In this document: in pieces, positions 28,239 to 39,125 of the stretch
Layout of the letters: every line of letters begins with the position of its first letter
Position numbering within the stretch: position 1 is the first letter of the stretch
Assembly (NCBI GenBank): GCA_964612055.1
Contig: CAZTBI010000001.1
Coordinates: forward strand, 420,824-484,823
Direction: 5' to 3'
Length of the DNA stretch: 64,000 bases
Source of the DNA: an uncultured Bdellovibrionales bacterium
Lineage (GTDB): Bacteria > Patescibacteriota > Minisyncoccia > Moranbacterales > UBA1568
Translations under genes and position numbers: made by a program
Notes under the pieces: generated by a model
What the model saw: only the letters and a program-made list of their open reading frames with translations
What the model was told of the DNA's origin: nothing
Database searches by the model: none

Positions 28239-30449
28239 ATGAAACTCCTCATCGTCGAATCACCATCAAAAGCCAAGACCATAGAAAAATATCTTGACGG
28301 CGAATACCGTGTCGTCGCCTCTGTTGGTCATGTGCGTGATCTGCCCAAGAGCAATAAAAAGGCTATCGATATCCCTGGTGGCTTCATCCCGCACTACGAA
28401 ATCTCTCCCGGTAAAGAGAAGATTGTCAGCGAACTGAAATCACTCGCCAAGAAATCAAGCGAAGTCTTACTCGCCACCGACCCCGACCGTGAGGGAGAAG
28501 CGATTGCTTGGCATGTCGCCGAGACCTGCGGACTAAAGAGGCCGCAGCGCGTTCTCTTTTACGAAATCACTCCTGATGCCGTCAAAGAAGCTATCAAACA
28601 TCCTCGCGCCCTCGATGAGAATCTGCGCCGCGCTCAAGAAGCACGCCGTGTTCTCGATCGCTTGGTAGGCTATGACCTCTCCGGACTGATCTGGAAAAAA
28701 GTTCGCTATGGCTTATCTGCTGGTCGCGTCCAATCCCCCGCCCTTCATATCTTGGTCGTGCGCGAAAAAGAAATCCGCGCCTTTGTTCCTGATCTCTACT
28801 TCCTCTTCACAGGACAATTCCTCTCGGCTGCCAAAAAGCCGCTCACTCTCACCTATACCAGCGAACCCCGTCCAAAAAGTGAGGAAGATGCTGTACGAAA
28901 AACGGCCGACGATATTGTACGCTTGGGAGAAAAGAGTCAGTGGACCATTCTCGATGTCAAAGAAACCCCGGCTCAAAAAAATCCCTACCCACCGTTTACG
29001 ACTTCCACCCTGCAACAAGCAGCCAGTTCCCGTCTCGGACTTTCGCCGAGCATGACTATGCGCCTGGCTCAGAAACTCTATGAGGCTGGCCATATCTCCT
29101 ACATGCGTACCGACAGCGTCAATTTGAACGAAGACGTGATTAAAAAAATCAGTGGGCTCGTGAAAAAAGAATATGGCGCTGAATATGCCGAAGAACGGCG
29201 TTACAAAACCAAGAGTAAGAATGCTCAAGAAGCTCATGAAGCAATCCGTCCGACACATCCGGAGATGAAGAATGCCGGCACGGGCGATGGGGAACGCAAA
29301 CTCTACAATCTGATTCGTACCCGCACCATCGCTTCCCAGATGGCTGCCGCCAAGATCCTCCGCACTAAGGTCATCGCCGAAGCCAGCGAAAAGGAAGTAC
29401 CAAATTTCTCAGCCACTGGTTCTGTCGTACTCTTCCCGGGATGGTATGCTTGTGACCAAGCTGCCCGCGGTGAAGACAGCGAATTTCCGAAAATTGCTGT
29501 CGGCGAAAAACTGAATCTCGAGACTCTGGTTTCGGAAGAGAAATGGACGACTCCGCCTAACCGCTATTCTGAGGCCGGACTCGTCAAGGAACTCGAAAAA
29601 CGCGGCATCGGTCGCCCGAGTACCTATGCGTCCATTATCAAAACCATTATCGATCGTGGCTATGTGATCAAAGATGGCAAAGCCCTCATGCCAACCGAAA
29701 CCGGTGAAGTGGTCGATGATTTTTTGGCCAAACATTTTTCTGAAATTGTTTCTGACGTCTTCACGGCCGAAATGGAAGGCAAGCTCGATGATATCGCAGA
29801 AGGAACACGCGAGTACGAAAAAACACTGAAAGAATTTTACACTCCGTTTACCAAAGAAGTGAAAAGTAAAGACAAGCTCGAAAAGATGACCAACCTCGGT
29901 GACGCCCCAGCCGACATTCTTTGTCCCAAGTGCCAGAGCGCCATGATTGTGAAGCTCGCCAAAAACGGCAAATTCCTCTCCTGCTCTCGTTTTCCAGAAT
30001 GCGATGGTGCCCGCACTATCGACGGCATAGAACTCGAAGGACCGAAAGAAACCGGTGAAGCCTGTCCCGAATGCAAAGACGGGAAACTGGTGGAACGCGA
30101 TGGTCGCTTCGGACGCTTCATTGCTTGCTCCAACTACCCGAAGTGTAAGCACATCAAAAACGATCCGACCCTCAACCCGACAACTGGCGTCAAATGTCCC
30201 CTCTGTAACGCTGGTGAGATGACGGAGCGTCGTGGCCGCTTTGGCATCTTCTACAGTTGCACCAACTACCCAAAGTGTAGAAATGCCATCAAAGCCAAAC
30301 CGACTGGCAATATCTGCCACTTTATCCGTGAGGATAAAGATGGAAAAGAATGTGGCGCCCTCATGATGGAGGGAACAAAAACTATTCCAGAACGCTGCTC
30401 GGACAAAACCTGTCCTAATCACAATCCTCACAAGCTTGAGAAGAAGTAA
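28239..30449 (+). CDS. topA: DNA topoisomerase I
   Basis: IVESPSKAKTI, ATDPDREGE, SAGRVQS, ISYMRTD, C4 zinc ribbons. Confidence 0.98.
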   Translation: MKLLIVESPSKAKTIEKYLDGEYRVVASVGHVRDLPKSNKKAIDIPGGFIPHYEISPGKEKIVSELKSLAKKSSEVLLATDPDREGEAIAWHVAETCGLKRPQRVLFYEITPDAVKEAIKHPRALDENLRRAQEARRVLDRLVGYDLSGLIWKKVRYGLSAGRVQSPALHILVVREKEIRAFVPDLYFLFTGQFLSAAKKPLTLTYTSEPRPKSEEDAVRKTADDIVRLGEKSQWTILDVKETPAQKNPYPPFTTSTLQQAASSRLGLSPSMTMRLAQKLYEAGHISYMRTDSVNLNEDVIKKISGLVKKEYGAEYAEERRYKTKSKNAQEAHEAIRPTHPEMKNAGTGDGERKLYNLIRTRTIASQMAAAKILRTKVIAEASEKEVPNFSATGSVVLFPGWYACDQAARGEDSEFPKIAVGEKLNLETLVSEEKWTTPPNRYSEAGLVKELEKRGIGRPSTYASIIKTIIDRGYVIKDGKALMPTETGEVVDDFLAKHFSEIVSDVFTAEMEGKLDDIAEGTREYEKTLKEFYTPFTKEVKSKDKLEKMTNLGDAPADILCPKCQSAMIVKLAKNGKFLSCSRFPECDGARTIDGIELEGPKETGEACPECKDGKLVERDGRFGRFIACSNYPKCKHIKNDPTLNPTTGVKCPLCNAGEMTERRGRFGIFYSCTNYPKCRNAIKAKPTGNICHFIREDKDGKECGALMMEGTKTIPERCSDKTCPNHNPHKLEKK

Positions 30450-30519
30450 TTCTTTGTAAAAGAAAAAAGGCGGTCGCGCGTTACGCAGATCGCCTTTTGA
30501 TTTTGACTTCCGTCCGTCT

Positions 30520-30969
30520 CTAGTCCTGCAGAGCCTGTATTGACTCAAAGTACGCAGACAGAACATCTATGTCTTGCGGGAAGCGCCCGGCAAGCGTGAT
30601 CTGATCACTGAGATTGATGACGAAGCCCTGCATCCGCTCGTCCTGTACCCGGAACTCCAAGGAAATTCCGGGCTCGCTCCGCAGATACCTGAGAATGAAT
30701 TCGAGGAAACTTTGCTCAAACTTTCCCTGAGCTGAAAGCCCTCTCCACTTCTTATGAAGCTCCGCATAGCCAGAAACGCCCTCCAACGTAAAGCCATTGG
30801 TGTCGGCCTGCACAGGGTTGCCGTTGCCGGCGAGGGTGATGACGGCGTAAATTGTTGAGCTGAGCGAGGGAGGACGCTCAATACTCCGTAACTCCAGCCA
30901 AAGGCTCACGAAATCAAACAGGCGAAACCCTCCCGGAGTGACGATGACTTCATTGGCACTTAAGAGCAT
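30520..30969 (-). CDS. Orphan hypothetical protein
   Basis: ATG 30969 with GGAGG RBS; bidirectional terminator at 30460-30500. Confidence 0.65.
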   Translation of the reverse strand: MLLSANEVIVTPGGFRLFDFVSLWLELRSIERPPSLSSTIYAVITLAGNGNPVQADTNGFTLEGVSGYAELHKKWRGLSAQGKFEQSFLEFILRYLRSEPGISLEFRVQDERMQGFVINLSDQITLAGRFPQDIDVLSAYFESIQALQD

Positions 30970-31082
30970 GCGACCTCCACACATTCTGAGATTGGGGAAA
31001 CTTATCAAAGGCTCATCTAAGCCTCAGATAGCACAATAATAGCATGCACACCGAAAGCGTCAAGCAACGCCCAAAAAGGAGT

Positions 31083-31889
31083 TTACGCTCGAAAATACTG
31101 AACAAAATATGAAATAAGGAAAGCAATGAGGGTGCAGAGAGCAATAGCTGCTCCACTCGGGATGCCCCATACAAAAGCCAGTGTAAATCCAGAGATCACG
31201 GTGAGCTCCGAAAGAGCAAGACTGAGAAGCAGCGTTTTCTTGAACCCGAGTCGCCACTGAAGCGCTGCCATCACCGGCAAAACAATGAGAGAGCTGACGA
31301 GTAGTACTCCAACTATTTTGATCGAAACCGCTACTACCATCGACGCAAAAAGCATGAAGATCAGGTTGAGCCGTCGCACCGGAACGCCATTCACTTTCGC
31401 GAGATCTTCATCTAAGGTCGCCAAAAAAAGCTGACGATAGAAAGCCAGAAAGAAGGCAATGAGAACGCTGGCGATACCAAGGAGGAGAAAAAAGTCATGA
31501 CCGATAACGAGTGTCAGATCTCCAAAAAGGTAGGCCTCAATTTCTTCGGCATCTATGCCCTTCAGAGCGAAGAGGAGAACAGCGAGAGACAGGCTGCCCG
31601 AGAGAAACAAAGCAAGCGTCGCCTCAGACAAAACGCGACGCGACTGTCGAAACAACTCAATCGCTACACCGCCGAATACTGCTCCGAGAAACGCTCCGAC
31701 GGTCATCGGAAATCCAAACCAAGAACTGAGCGCCACGCCGAAAAGCGAAACGTGGGAAAGGGTATCAGCTAAGAGCGAGAAGCGGCGCATCACCAAAAAA
31801 ATTCCTACCAAAGGCGCAAGTATCCCAAGGAGGAGCGCCACGCCGAGAGCCGAGAACAATGAGTAATCTTGAAGAAACGTAGTATCCAT
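31083..31889 (-). CDS. znuB: Zn/Mn ABC transporter permease
   Basis: ADTLSH, YLFGD, IKIVGVLLVSSLIVLP. Confidence 0.92.
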   Translation of the reverse strand: MDTTFLQDYSLFSALGVALLLGILAPLVGIFLVMRRFSLLADTLSHVSLFGVALSSWFGFPMTVGAFLGAVFGGVAIELFRQSRRVLSEATLALFLSGSLSLAVLLFALKGIDAEEIEAYLFGDLTLVIGHDFFLLLGIASVLIAFFLAFYRQLFLATLDEDLAKVNGVPVRRLNLIFMLFASMVVAVSIKIVGVLLVSSLIVLPVMAALQWRLGFKKTLLLSLALSELTVISGFTLAFVWGIPSGAAIALCTLIAFLISYFVQYFRA

Positions 31890-31901
31890 AGAAAGAAAAA
31901 A

Positions 31902-32666
31902 TTATTGATGCGAATGCCACGTCTGAGAACCAAAGACTGCTTCGATCACCTTTGACTCATGCAGACCCTCAGCTGGTCCATGATAGACGAGCTTGCGGTT
32001 GAGGCACAGAGCTGACTTGGCATGATGCGCCAAGGCCTCAAGATCATGTGACACCAAAAGAATGGTTTTTCCGTGCTCTTCGTTCAGTTTTTTGAGGAGT
32101 GAATAAAACGACTCCTCCGTCGCCAAGTCGATTCCCGCTGTCGGTTCATCAAGCACCAAGAGGACCGGGTCCGAAAGAAGCGCCTGAGCAATAAACGCTC
32201 GCTGCTCTTCGCCACCAGAGAGTTCTCCGATACGTCGTTTCAACAAATGACGGATGCCAACAATATCAGTTATGGTATCGATTTTTTCACGGAGTTTTTT
32301 GCGCTCTTCCTTACTTGGGAAAAATGATTTGAAAGGATAGCCAGCCGCAATCACTTCTTCTACGGTTGCCGGAAAGTTCGCCTCTCCTTCAAAACCCTTC
32401 TGCGGCACATACCCAATTTTTGCCCACTCCCGAAAATGTTCAATTGGTTTCCCGAAAAGTTCAATACCACCTGTTTGAAGTGGCAACAAACCAAGAAGTA
32501 ATTTCAAAAACGTACTTTTCCCAGAGCCATTCGGACCAATGATCCCGACATATTCTCCAACGTTTATAGAAAAAGAAAGATTCTCAAAAATTTGACGGTC
32601 CGCTCGATACCGAAAAGAGAGGTCAGAAACTTTGATGAGAGGCTGCGGCGTATTACTTGGATTCAT
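31902..32666 (-). CDS. znuC: Zn/Mn ABC transporter ATPase
   Basis: GPNGSGKST, IGYVPQ, LSGG, LDEPTAGID. Confidence 0.92.
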   Translation of the reverse strand: MNPSNTPQPLIKVSDLSFRYRADRQIFENLSFSINVGEYVGIIGPNGSGKSTFLKLLLGLLPLQTGGIELFGKPIEHFREWAKIGYVPQKGFEGEANFPATVEEVIAAGYPFKSFFPSKEERKKLREKIDTITDIVGIRHLLKRRIGELSGGEEQRAFIAQALLSDPVLLVLDEPTAGIDLATEESFYSLLKKLNEEHGKTILLVSHDLEALAHHAKSALCLNRKLVYHGPAEGLHESKVIEAVFGSQTWHSHQ

Positions 32667-32675
32667 AGGAGAAGA

Positions 32676-33110
32676 TTAACATGTAGATTGAGCGAGACAC
32701 GAACGACACTTACCATAAAATTCGATGGCATGAGTAGCGATGAGAAAATTCACTTTCTTACTGAGCACTTCTGCTTGTTTCAAAAGTGACGCGTCTTGAA
32801 AAGCAATATCCAATACCTGGTCACATTCGAGGCAAACGAGGTGATGATGGTGTCCGCGACTCACCAATTCAAAATACTGCTTCCGATCTTGCAACCGAAT
32901 ACTATGGAGTATTCCAACTTTTTCTAAGCGCTCGAGTTCTCGGTACACTGTCGTCTTGTTTACATCGTGACCTCGCTTCTTGAGTGCCTGTTTCAAAATG
33001 AGAGCAGAAAGTGGCTGATGATTTTCAAGAAAAAGATCGAGCAGAATACTCCTGGTCCGAGTCAGGCGCATTCCTTGCTTTCTCAAAATGGAGAGGATTT
33101 CTTGTTTCAT
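32676..33110 (-). CDS. zur: Fur-family regulator (probably Zur)
   Basis: TTVYR, HHHHLVCLEC, CxxC; heads the znuCB operon. Confidence 0.85.
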   Translation of the reverse strand: MKQEILSILRKQGMRLTRTRSILLDLFLENHQPLSALILKQALKKRGHDVNKTTVYRELERLEKVGILHSIRLQDRKQYFELVSRGHHHHLVCLECDQVLDIAFQDASLLKQAEVLSKKVNFLIATHAIEFYGKCRSCLAQSTC

Positions 33111-33142
33111 ACTTCTTCCGTGTATTACGGTATTTTTATACT

Positions 33143-33167
33143 AACGCAACTGAGTTGCATTTGTCAA
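33143..33167 (-). promoter_or_regulatory. Palindromic operator in the zur promoter spacer
   Basis: AACGCAAC-TGA-GTTGCATT abutting TTGACA (33167-33162). Confidence 0.75.
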
Positions 33168-33239
33168 GCCCGAAGAAAAAATTTGCTCTTCCATAGGTAT
33201 TTCGCCTATACTAATGACACTAAAGGAGGTGTACGTTTT

Positions 33240-34739
33240 ATGGGTCCCATATCTCTCAAAGATGTCTTGACGTCAGCTCCCCGCCCCTTTCAAAGTGAGG
33301 CGGAGAAGTTCATTGTGGAGGCCTATCAGTTCGCCGAAACTGCTCATCGTGGACAAAAACGAAAATCGGGTGAAGATTACATCGTCCATTCACTCCATGT
33401 GGCCAAAAATCTATCCGAAATCGGCATGGATGAAAAGACCATTGCCGCCGGACTCCTTCATGACGTTCCCGAAGATACTGAGGTGACACTGGCTCAGGTG
33501 GAGGAGAAATTCGGAAGCGACGTCGCTCTCTTGGTTGATGGCATCACCAAGCTTGGAAAAATCAAACTTCGTGGTTCCAAGGAGGAATACTATCTCGAAA
33601 ACCTACGCAAGATGTTCCTCGCCATGGCGCAGGATATCCGCGTCGTGATTGTGAAACTGGCCGATCGTCTTCATAACATGCGCACCCTCGAGTATCTCCC
33701 TCCAGAAAAACAGGAGCGCATTGCTCGTGAGACGCTCGAAATCTACGCCCCTATCGCCAATCGTCTCGGTATCGGTGAAATCAAAGGTGAGTTGGAAGAC
33801 CTGTGCTTCATGTATCTTGATCCCACGCACTACCAAGAGACCAAGAAAATCGAAGAGACCTACCTTCATGAAGGCAAGGCCTATTTGGAGCGGACCGTGA
33901 AGTTCTTTCGTGATTTTCTGACAAAAGAAAAAATTCGCGTGACCGATATGAGTGGTCGCACGAAACACCTGTACCGTCTCTATCAGAAACTGAAGCGCCA
34001 TGACATGGATATCACCCGTATCTATGACTTGGTCGCTATCCGTATCATTGTTCCAGAAGTGGCTGACTGCTACGAAGCTCTGGGTATCATCCACCGTGAA
34101 TACCGACCAATGGTAGGACGAATCAAAGACTACATCTCCCTTCCAAAACCAAACGGCTACCAGTCACTGCACACCACCATCTTCGGCCCTGATGGACGCA
34201 TTCTCGAAATTCAGATTCGCACCCAAAAGATGCACGATGAAGCCGAATACGGTATCGCCGCCCACTGGCTCTATACCGAGAAAACACGTTCTATCTGGCG
34301 CAATATTTTTACCCGCCGCAAAGATCCTGCTACTGCCCCAAGAGAGCTCCTCTGGGTCAATCAACTGAAAGAGTGGCAAAAAGAAATCGGTCGCGACGAC
34401 AAGGAATTTATTGAGGGACTCAAAATAGAATTCTTCAAAAACCACATCTTCGCCTTTACTCCGAAGGGTGATATCATCGAGCTTCCCGAAGAAGCGACAC
34501 CGATCGACTTTGCCTACGCTATTCACAGTGAAATTGGCCACCGCGCTGTCGGCGCCAAAGCAGATGGCCGGATGGTACCGCTTGATTCTTTCATAGAGAA
34601 CGCTCAGGTTATCGAAATCCTCACGGTCAAAGAAAAGAAAAAGCCCAGCCGTGATTGGCTCGACTTCGTCAAAACTTCTACTGCCAAATCTCACATTCGG
34701 CACGCCCTGCGTCACAGTGAATTCAAAAAAGAAGAGTAA
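33240..34739 (+). CDS. rel: RelA/SpoT (p)ppGpp synthetase/hydrolase, short form (HD-SYNTH-TGS)
   Basis: LLHDVPED, KLADRLHNMRT, NGYQSLHT, EIQIRT, TPIDFAY; start ATG 33240 after AAGGAGG. Confidence 0.95.
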   Translation: MGPISLKDVLTSAPRPFQSEAEKFIVEAYQFAETAHRGQKRKSGEDYIVHSLHVAKNLSEIGMDEKTIAAGLLHDVPEDTEVTLAQVEEKFGSDVALLVDGITKLGKIKLRGSKEEYYLENLRKMFLAMAQDIRVVIVKLADRLHNMRTLEYLPPEKQERIARETLEIYAPIANRLGIGEIKGELEDLCFMYLDPTHYQETKKIEETYLHEGKAYLERTVKFFRDFLTKEKIRVTDMSGRTKHLYRLYQKLKRHDMDITRIYDLVAIRIIVPEVADCYEALGIIHREYRPMVGRIKDYISLPKPNGYQSLHTTIFGPDGRILEIQIRTQKMHDEAEYGIAAHWLYTEKTRSIWRNIFTRRKDPATAPRELLWVNQLKEWQKEIGRDDKEFIEGLKIEFFKNHIFAFTPKGDIIELPEEATPIDFAYAIHSEIGHRAVGAKADGRMVPLDSFIENAQVIEILTVKEKKKPSRDWLDFVKTSTAKSHIRHALRHSEFKKEE

Positions 34740-34748
34740 GCATCGTTA

Positions 34749-36494
34749 CTACTCTTTCGTCGCCCGCATCACTTCTTCAAGCGAGGTCACTCCCTGAACA
34801 ATTTTCAGGAAGCCGTCTTCGACCATCGTTGCCATACCGGCCTTCTTGGCAGCTGTTTCAATCTCTTCCGTGGTAGCTTCTTGTGTCACCATTTTACGAA
34901 TCTCTGTATCCATAGCCAACACTTCGTAGATACCATTTCGGCCACGATACCCTTCGCCACCACACTGATCACAACCAACTGCCTTGTAGAAAGTCACTTC
35001 TTCCCACGTCTTGGCACTTTCCACAAATTTTTTACTCCCAGGTTCTTTTTTCAGGTACTCCAACACTGCCGCAATATCATACAACTTCCCGAGCGACTCC
35101 ACCTCTTTCTTCTCAAGGGTGTACGGTTTACGACATTCTGGACAGAGGCGCCGCACCAGACGCTGAGCCACGATCACATTGACGGTTGAAGCAATAAGAA
35201 AAGGCTCGGCCCCCATATCAAGCATACGCGGCAACGTAGCAGCGGCGCTGTTGGTGTGAAGGGTCGAAAGTACCAAGTGACCCGTCATAGCGGCATGCAT
35301 AGCAATTTCGAGCGTCTCCTGATCACGAATTTCCCCCACCATGATGATATCCGGATCCTGACGCAGAAGCGCTCGGAGGGCGGCGGCAAATGTCATACCT
35401 ACCTTGGAGCTAATCTGTGTCTGATTGACACGGGGCATGCGATACTCCACTGGATCTTCTACCGTGGAAACATTGACCTCTGGCGTATTCAAAATATCCA
35501 TGACGGTATACAGAGTCGTCGTCTTTCCAGAACCCGTCGGTCCAGTGACCAAAATCATACCGTTTGGTTTGTTGATTTCCCGATGCACCGCTTCAAGCGC
35601 CGGACCGTTCAAGCCCATTTTCTCAAGCGTCAGTCCCTTAGAGGATTCATCAAGCAAACGCATGACGATCTTTTCCCCATCAAACACCGGCAAGATACTA
35701 ACACGAAAAGAAATCTTGTAGTCATCTTTTTCAATTTTGAAACGACCGTCCTGTGGCAAACGGTGTTCATCTAGTTTGAGATTAGAAAGCACTTTGATAC
35801 GCGCCACAATACCGGAAGCAATATCTCGAGGCAAGGTCATAGCATCATGGAGTACGCCATCAATACGATAACGCACATGCACCTCTTTCTCTTCTGGCTC
35901 GATATGGATATCGCTCGCTGACTGCAAGATAGCGTGCTTCAGAAGCGTATCCACCACACGAATAACCGGCAGTCCGGCTGCGACTTGTTCCAAATTCTTA
36001 TCATCTTCATCCGACTCGGTCTTCACATCGGCGGTCAAGATATCACCGAACTCTGCCTCCAAACTCCTCCCATACTGCCGCAGCACGCTCTGGATACTTT
36101 CCCGACTCGTCAGACACGGAATAATTTTCAGACCAGTCTTCTTTTTGATGAAATCAATAGTCTGCAAATCCTCAGGATTCAACATGGCCACCTTCAGATT
36201 GGTACCACTCTTCTCGAAGGAAACGATGTTGTATTTCTTGGCGATGAGTTCCGGAACCACCTGCAAAATCTCGATCGGTACCGCTTCTTTAGAAAGATCC
36301 ACAAAAGGAAAGCCTAGGATATAGGCGTACGTTTTCTGCAGATCCACTTCGTTAATCAGTTTTTTCTCTAAAAGCAAAACGCCGAGATCCTTTTGATCTT
36401 TCTTGGCTTCTATCAAAACTTCCTCCAATTTGTCTTTGGGTACCAAGTTTGAGTCAGAAAGAAACTGCTCCAGTTGTTTGGCATCAATACGCAT
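34749..36494 (-). CDS. pilB: Type IV pilus assembly ATPase
   Basis: ASDIHIEP, PQDGR, GPTGSGKTTT, LRQDPD, TGHLVLSTLH, tetracysteine motif. Confidence 0.95.
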   Translation of the reverse strand: MRIDAKQLEQFLSDSNLVPKDKLEEVLIEAKKDQKDLGVLLLEKKLINEVDLQKTYAYILGFPFVDLSKEAVPIEILQVVPELIAKKYNIVSFEKSGTNLKVAMLNPEDLQTIDFIKKKTGLKIIPCLTSRESIQSVLRQYGRSLEAEFGDILTADVKTESDEDDKNLEQVAAGLPVIRVVDTLLKHAILQSASDIHIEPEEKEVHVRYRIDGVLHDAMTLPRDIASGIVARIKVLSNLKLDEHRLPQDGRFKIEKDDYKISFRVSILPVFDGEKIVMRLLDESSKGLTLEKMGLNGPALEAVHREINKPNGMILVTGPTGSGKTTTLYTVMDILNTPEVNVSTVEDPVEYRMPRVNQTQISSKVGMTFAAALRALLRQDPDIIMVGEIRDQETLEIAMHAAMTGHLVLSTLHTNSAAATLPRMLDMGAEPFLIASTVNVIVAQRLVRRLCPECRKPYTLEKKEVESLGKLYDIAAVLEYLKKEPGSKKFVESAKTWEEVTFYKAVGCDQCGGEGYRGRNGIYEVLAMDTEIRKMVTQEATTEEIETAAKKAGMATMVEDGFLKIVQGVTSLEEVMRATKE

Positions 36495-36618
36495 ATTTTT
36501 GTCTCTATTTTCCTCAAGTATACCACAAAAAAATCCTCTGAAAAAAGAAAAACTCCCTAATCCAGGTTCGGACGGGAGTCGAGTAAAAAAACAAACACTT
36601 TCACGCCTAGTCGCCCAT

Positions 36619-37236
36619 TCAGGTGAACGTCAACAGCACCAGATCTTTGGGGCACTCGCTGGAATCATTCTCCTTCTGAGGCAGGCCCATGGTCCAGATC
36701 GCTTGGCCAATCATGGAGAAGTGACTGATCTGCACCAACCACCTTTTCGTTCCCTTGGTGGTGGCACCACTTGGATCGGTCTTGGTGACGCCAGCATCGC
36801 CAAGGTACAGCACTGCGCCACGGTCATTTTTTGGGACAACCGGCGCAGAAAAACGATGCCCTCCGAAAACCAGGCTCTGAAGACGAATCCATGGGGCAAC
36901 TTGATGCTTGCTTGCCGCGACACCATGCTGCGGGAAGTCCGTATAGAGAGTGCTCCAGGGAACAGGCTTCGGAGCCCGCCAGCAGTACACCGTTTGCTGC
37001 TCTGGAAGATCCGAAACGACGACCGGTTCGAAGGTGCTCATCACCTTGTTCCGAAAGTCTGGACTTATATACAGCCGACGATCTGGATCGGATTCCTTTT
37101 CCCAATCGGCAAAGTACCTGCCGTGAAAGAGTTTCACGATATGCCCGAAACCGACTGGCACCCGAACCGTAGGGAAATGGAAGGCCTGAAAGCATTCGAA
37201 ATAGGCCGTACTCGGAGGCAAAACGATTGAGCTCAT
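36619..37236 (-). CDS. Orphan hypothetical protein
   Basis: ATG 37236 with AAGGAG RBS; terminator at ~36540-36580. Confidence 0.65.
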   Translation of the reverse strand: MSSIVLPPSTAYFECFQAFHFPTVRVPVGFGHIVKLFHGRYFADWEKESDPDRRLYISPDFRNKVMSTFEPVVVSDLPEQQTVYCWRAPKPVPWSTLYTDFPQHGVAASKHQVAPWIRLQSLVFGGHRFSAPVVPKNDRGAVLYLGDAGVTKTDPSGATTKGTKRWLVQISHFSMIGQAIWTMGLPQKENDSSECPKDLVLLTFT

Positions 37237-37369
37237 GGTTTTCTCCTTGGACGTTGTACAACGAACTCTGAAGCACTCGAGTCGAGCGGTATTGAGAGGA
37301 TGCCTCAAAACAGTTCCACTATAGTACTCTTTCTTATTTTTGCCAAATTTAAGGAAAGCTTCTCGGAGG

Positions 37370-37545
37370 CTATATCTTAAACACGATCACATCGCCATCT
37401 TGGACGATGTAGTCTTTGCCCTCGAGACGGAGTGTCCCCTGGTCACGGGCAGCGCTCCAAGAGCCAGCTTCAAGCAGTTTGGTCCAGTGAATTATTTCCG
37501 CTCGAATAAATTTTTCCTCGAAGTCACCATGAATAGCCGCTCCCG
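37370..37545 (-). pseudogene. ychF: Displaced duplicate of the ychF 3' end (att-like repeat)
   Basis: Encodes GAAIHGDFEEKFIRAE...QDGDVIVFKI*; 31/176 mismatches by hand versus 48629-48804; no start codon. Confidence 0.93.
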
Positions 37546-37695
37546 TATCTTATAAAGAACCTTCCCAACGCGGGAATATACAACCTGGCGGATATTTCAC
37601 TGTCAGACACCATCATCTCACCACAAGCTCCTGCTTTTGTACAGTTTTTGTCAACCACCCTCGGTACATAACCGACGTGGTGCCGCGCCTTCGGC

Positions 37696-39114
37696 TCAGT
37701 CCTTTACGACCGGAAACTCTGTACCGATAAAGTTCATCACCCGCTTCTTGTTATCGAGCACCGGCGTGACACGGAGATGGGCCTGGTAAGTAGTGCCGTC
37801 TTTGCGCTTGTTGGTCACCGTACCCTCGAAGACCAGCTTCTGTCGACGGATCGTGTCCCAAAACTCACTATAGAAGGCGCGTGACATCTGACCGCCCCAG
37901 AGCGCTGGGGTCTTGCCCTGCATCTCAGTCCTGGAAAAGCCAGTCATCTTTTCAGCTGCTGGGTTGGCATAGATAATCTTACCTTCGACATCAGTAATGA
38001 CCGTATGATCAGAACTCTGATCAAGTGCCAACCGGAATTTGGTAAGCTCTCTCCAAGTAACGTCCGTCAGACTATCAGATTGCTCCACTTTTTCGATGGC
38101 TCCCTGCATAACTTTCGCCAGGTAAGAGAAGTCGTCAAGGTCGCTCTTCGGCTTGCCTCTCAAGTGCAGTTCATTCACCTTGCTCACCACCCGTTCGATG
38201 CTTTCCACTTTTCTGATAGTAAAGAACTCGACACAGATAAGCAACACGCCGAGATAGGCGAGCATCCAGAAGAAAAGTATCTGCGCAAGATTCCAAAAAG
38301 ACTGCTCCCCGGCTTCAAGAATATCTGCCGGATACTCTATACTGAGCATCACCGAAGGATTTCCGAAAATATTATCGAGCACCGACCAACCGAGCACCTT
38401 CCCCTCGCGAATATCTACCAAAGAAGAGCTACTGCCACTCAAATCAGGAACATCCTGTACATTCCCCGACATAGCGAAGCCATAGGAAGTAATGTCACCT
38501 TTGACCCCTGCGAGCCGACTGAGCGTAGAAACAAACTCTTCATCAATATACCGACCGAAAAACAGGACCCCGCGCTTCGCTCCGTTACCATCGCTCGTCG
38601 TAATCGGCCGTGCTGCCACAAGCAGCATGGCATCCGGTGTCACCAAAATCCCCTGCTTAGCCGCATCTACGCTCTCGAACTCAAGAAGCGAGCTCTGTCC
38701 GATAAATGACTTCAGAAAGGCCTCCGGAATGATGCTCTCTCCAGGGAGCGCCGAGTAGACTTGTTTTCCATAAACCAGTTCGCCCGCATTGTTAACGAAG
38801 GCCATAACATTGACCCCGATCGACAAAAAAGACTCGTCATTCATGTTCGATATGATATATGCATCGTTGCGATCGCTGACGAATTCATAGGTATCGTCCC
38901 AGCGGGCCCAGTCAGATTGCTTGACCGCCAAGTGGTTTGTTTCATTCTCAAGCATCCGCTCCATGGAGGAAAGCTCTCCGTTCGCGTGCGTAATCTGCAA
39001 CTGATGAAAGCTCTTCTCCGTGAAGTACCACAAAAAAGAATAGAGGATCAGAAAAGCCAGACCCGTAGTAGCGATAATGGAAAGATGGGCTTTGTTCCGA
39101 AATGAGAGTTTCAT
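37696..39114 (-). CDS. CHASE4 + PAS membrane sensor without output domain
   Basis: DWARWDDTYEFV (CHASE4), two TMs, ITDVEGKIIYANPA...NKRKDG (PAS). Confidence 0.85.
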   Translation of the reverse strand: MKLSFRNKAHLSIIATTGLAFLILYSFLWYFTEKSFHQLQITHANGELSSMERMLENETNHLAVKQSDWARWDDTYEFVSDRNDAYIISNMNDESFLSIGVNVMAFVNNAGELVYGKQVYSALPGESIIPEAFLKSFIGQSSLLEFESVDAAKQGILVTPDAMLLVAARPITTSDGNGAKRGVLFFGRYIDEEFVSTLSRLAGVKGDITSYGFAMSGNVQDVPDLSGSSSSLVDIREGKVLGWSVLDNIFGNPSVMLSIEYPADILEAGEQSFWNLAQILFFWMLAYLGVLLICVEFFTIRKVESIERVVSKVNELHLRGKPKSDLDDFSYLAKVMQGAIEKVEQSDSLTDVTWRELTKFRLALDQSSDHTVITDVEGKIIYANPAAEKMTGFSRTEMQGKTPALWGGQMSRAFYSEFWDTIRRQKLVFEGTVTNKRKDGTTYQAHLRVTPVLDNKKRVMNFIGTEFPVVKD

Positions 39115-39125
39115 GATAATGGCGG

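Noticed and set aside
29409-30566. Long antisense ORFs (e.g. 385 aa opposite topA; 326 aa at 51319; 270 aa at 48920)
   Set aside because: Shadow ORFs opposite well-supported genes, without motifs.
37340-37555. 71-aa plus-strand ORF
   Set aside because: Antisense shadow of the displaced ychF fragment.
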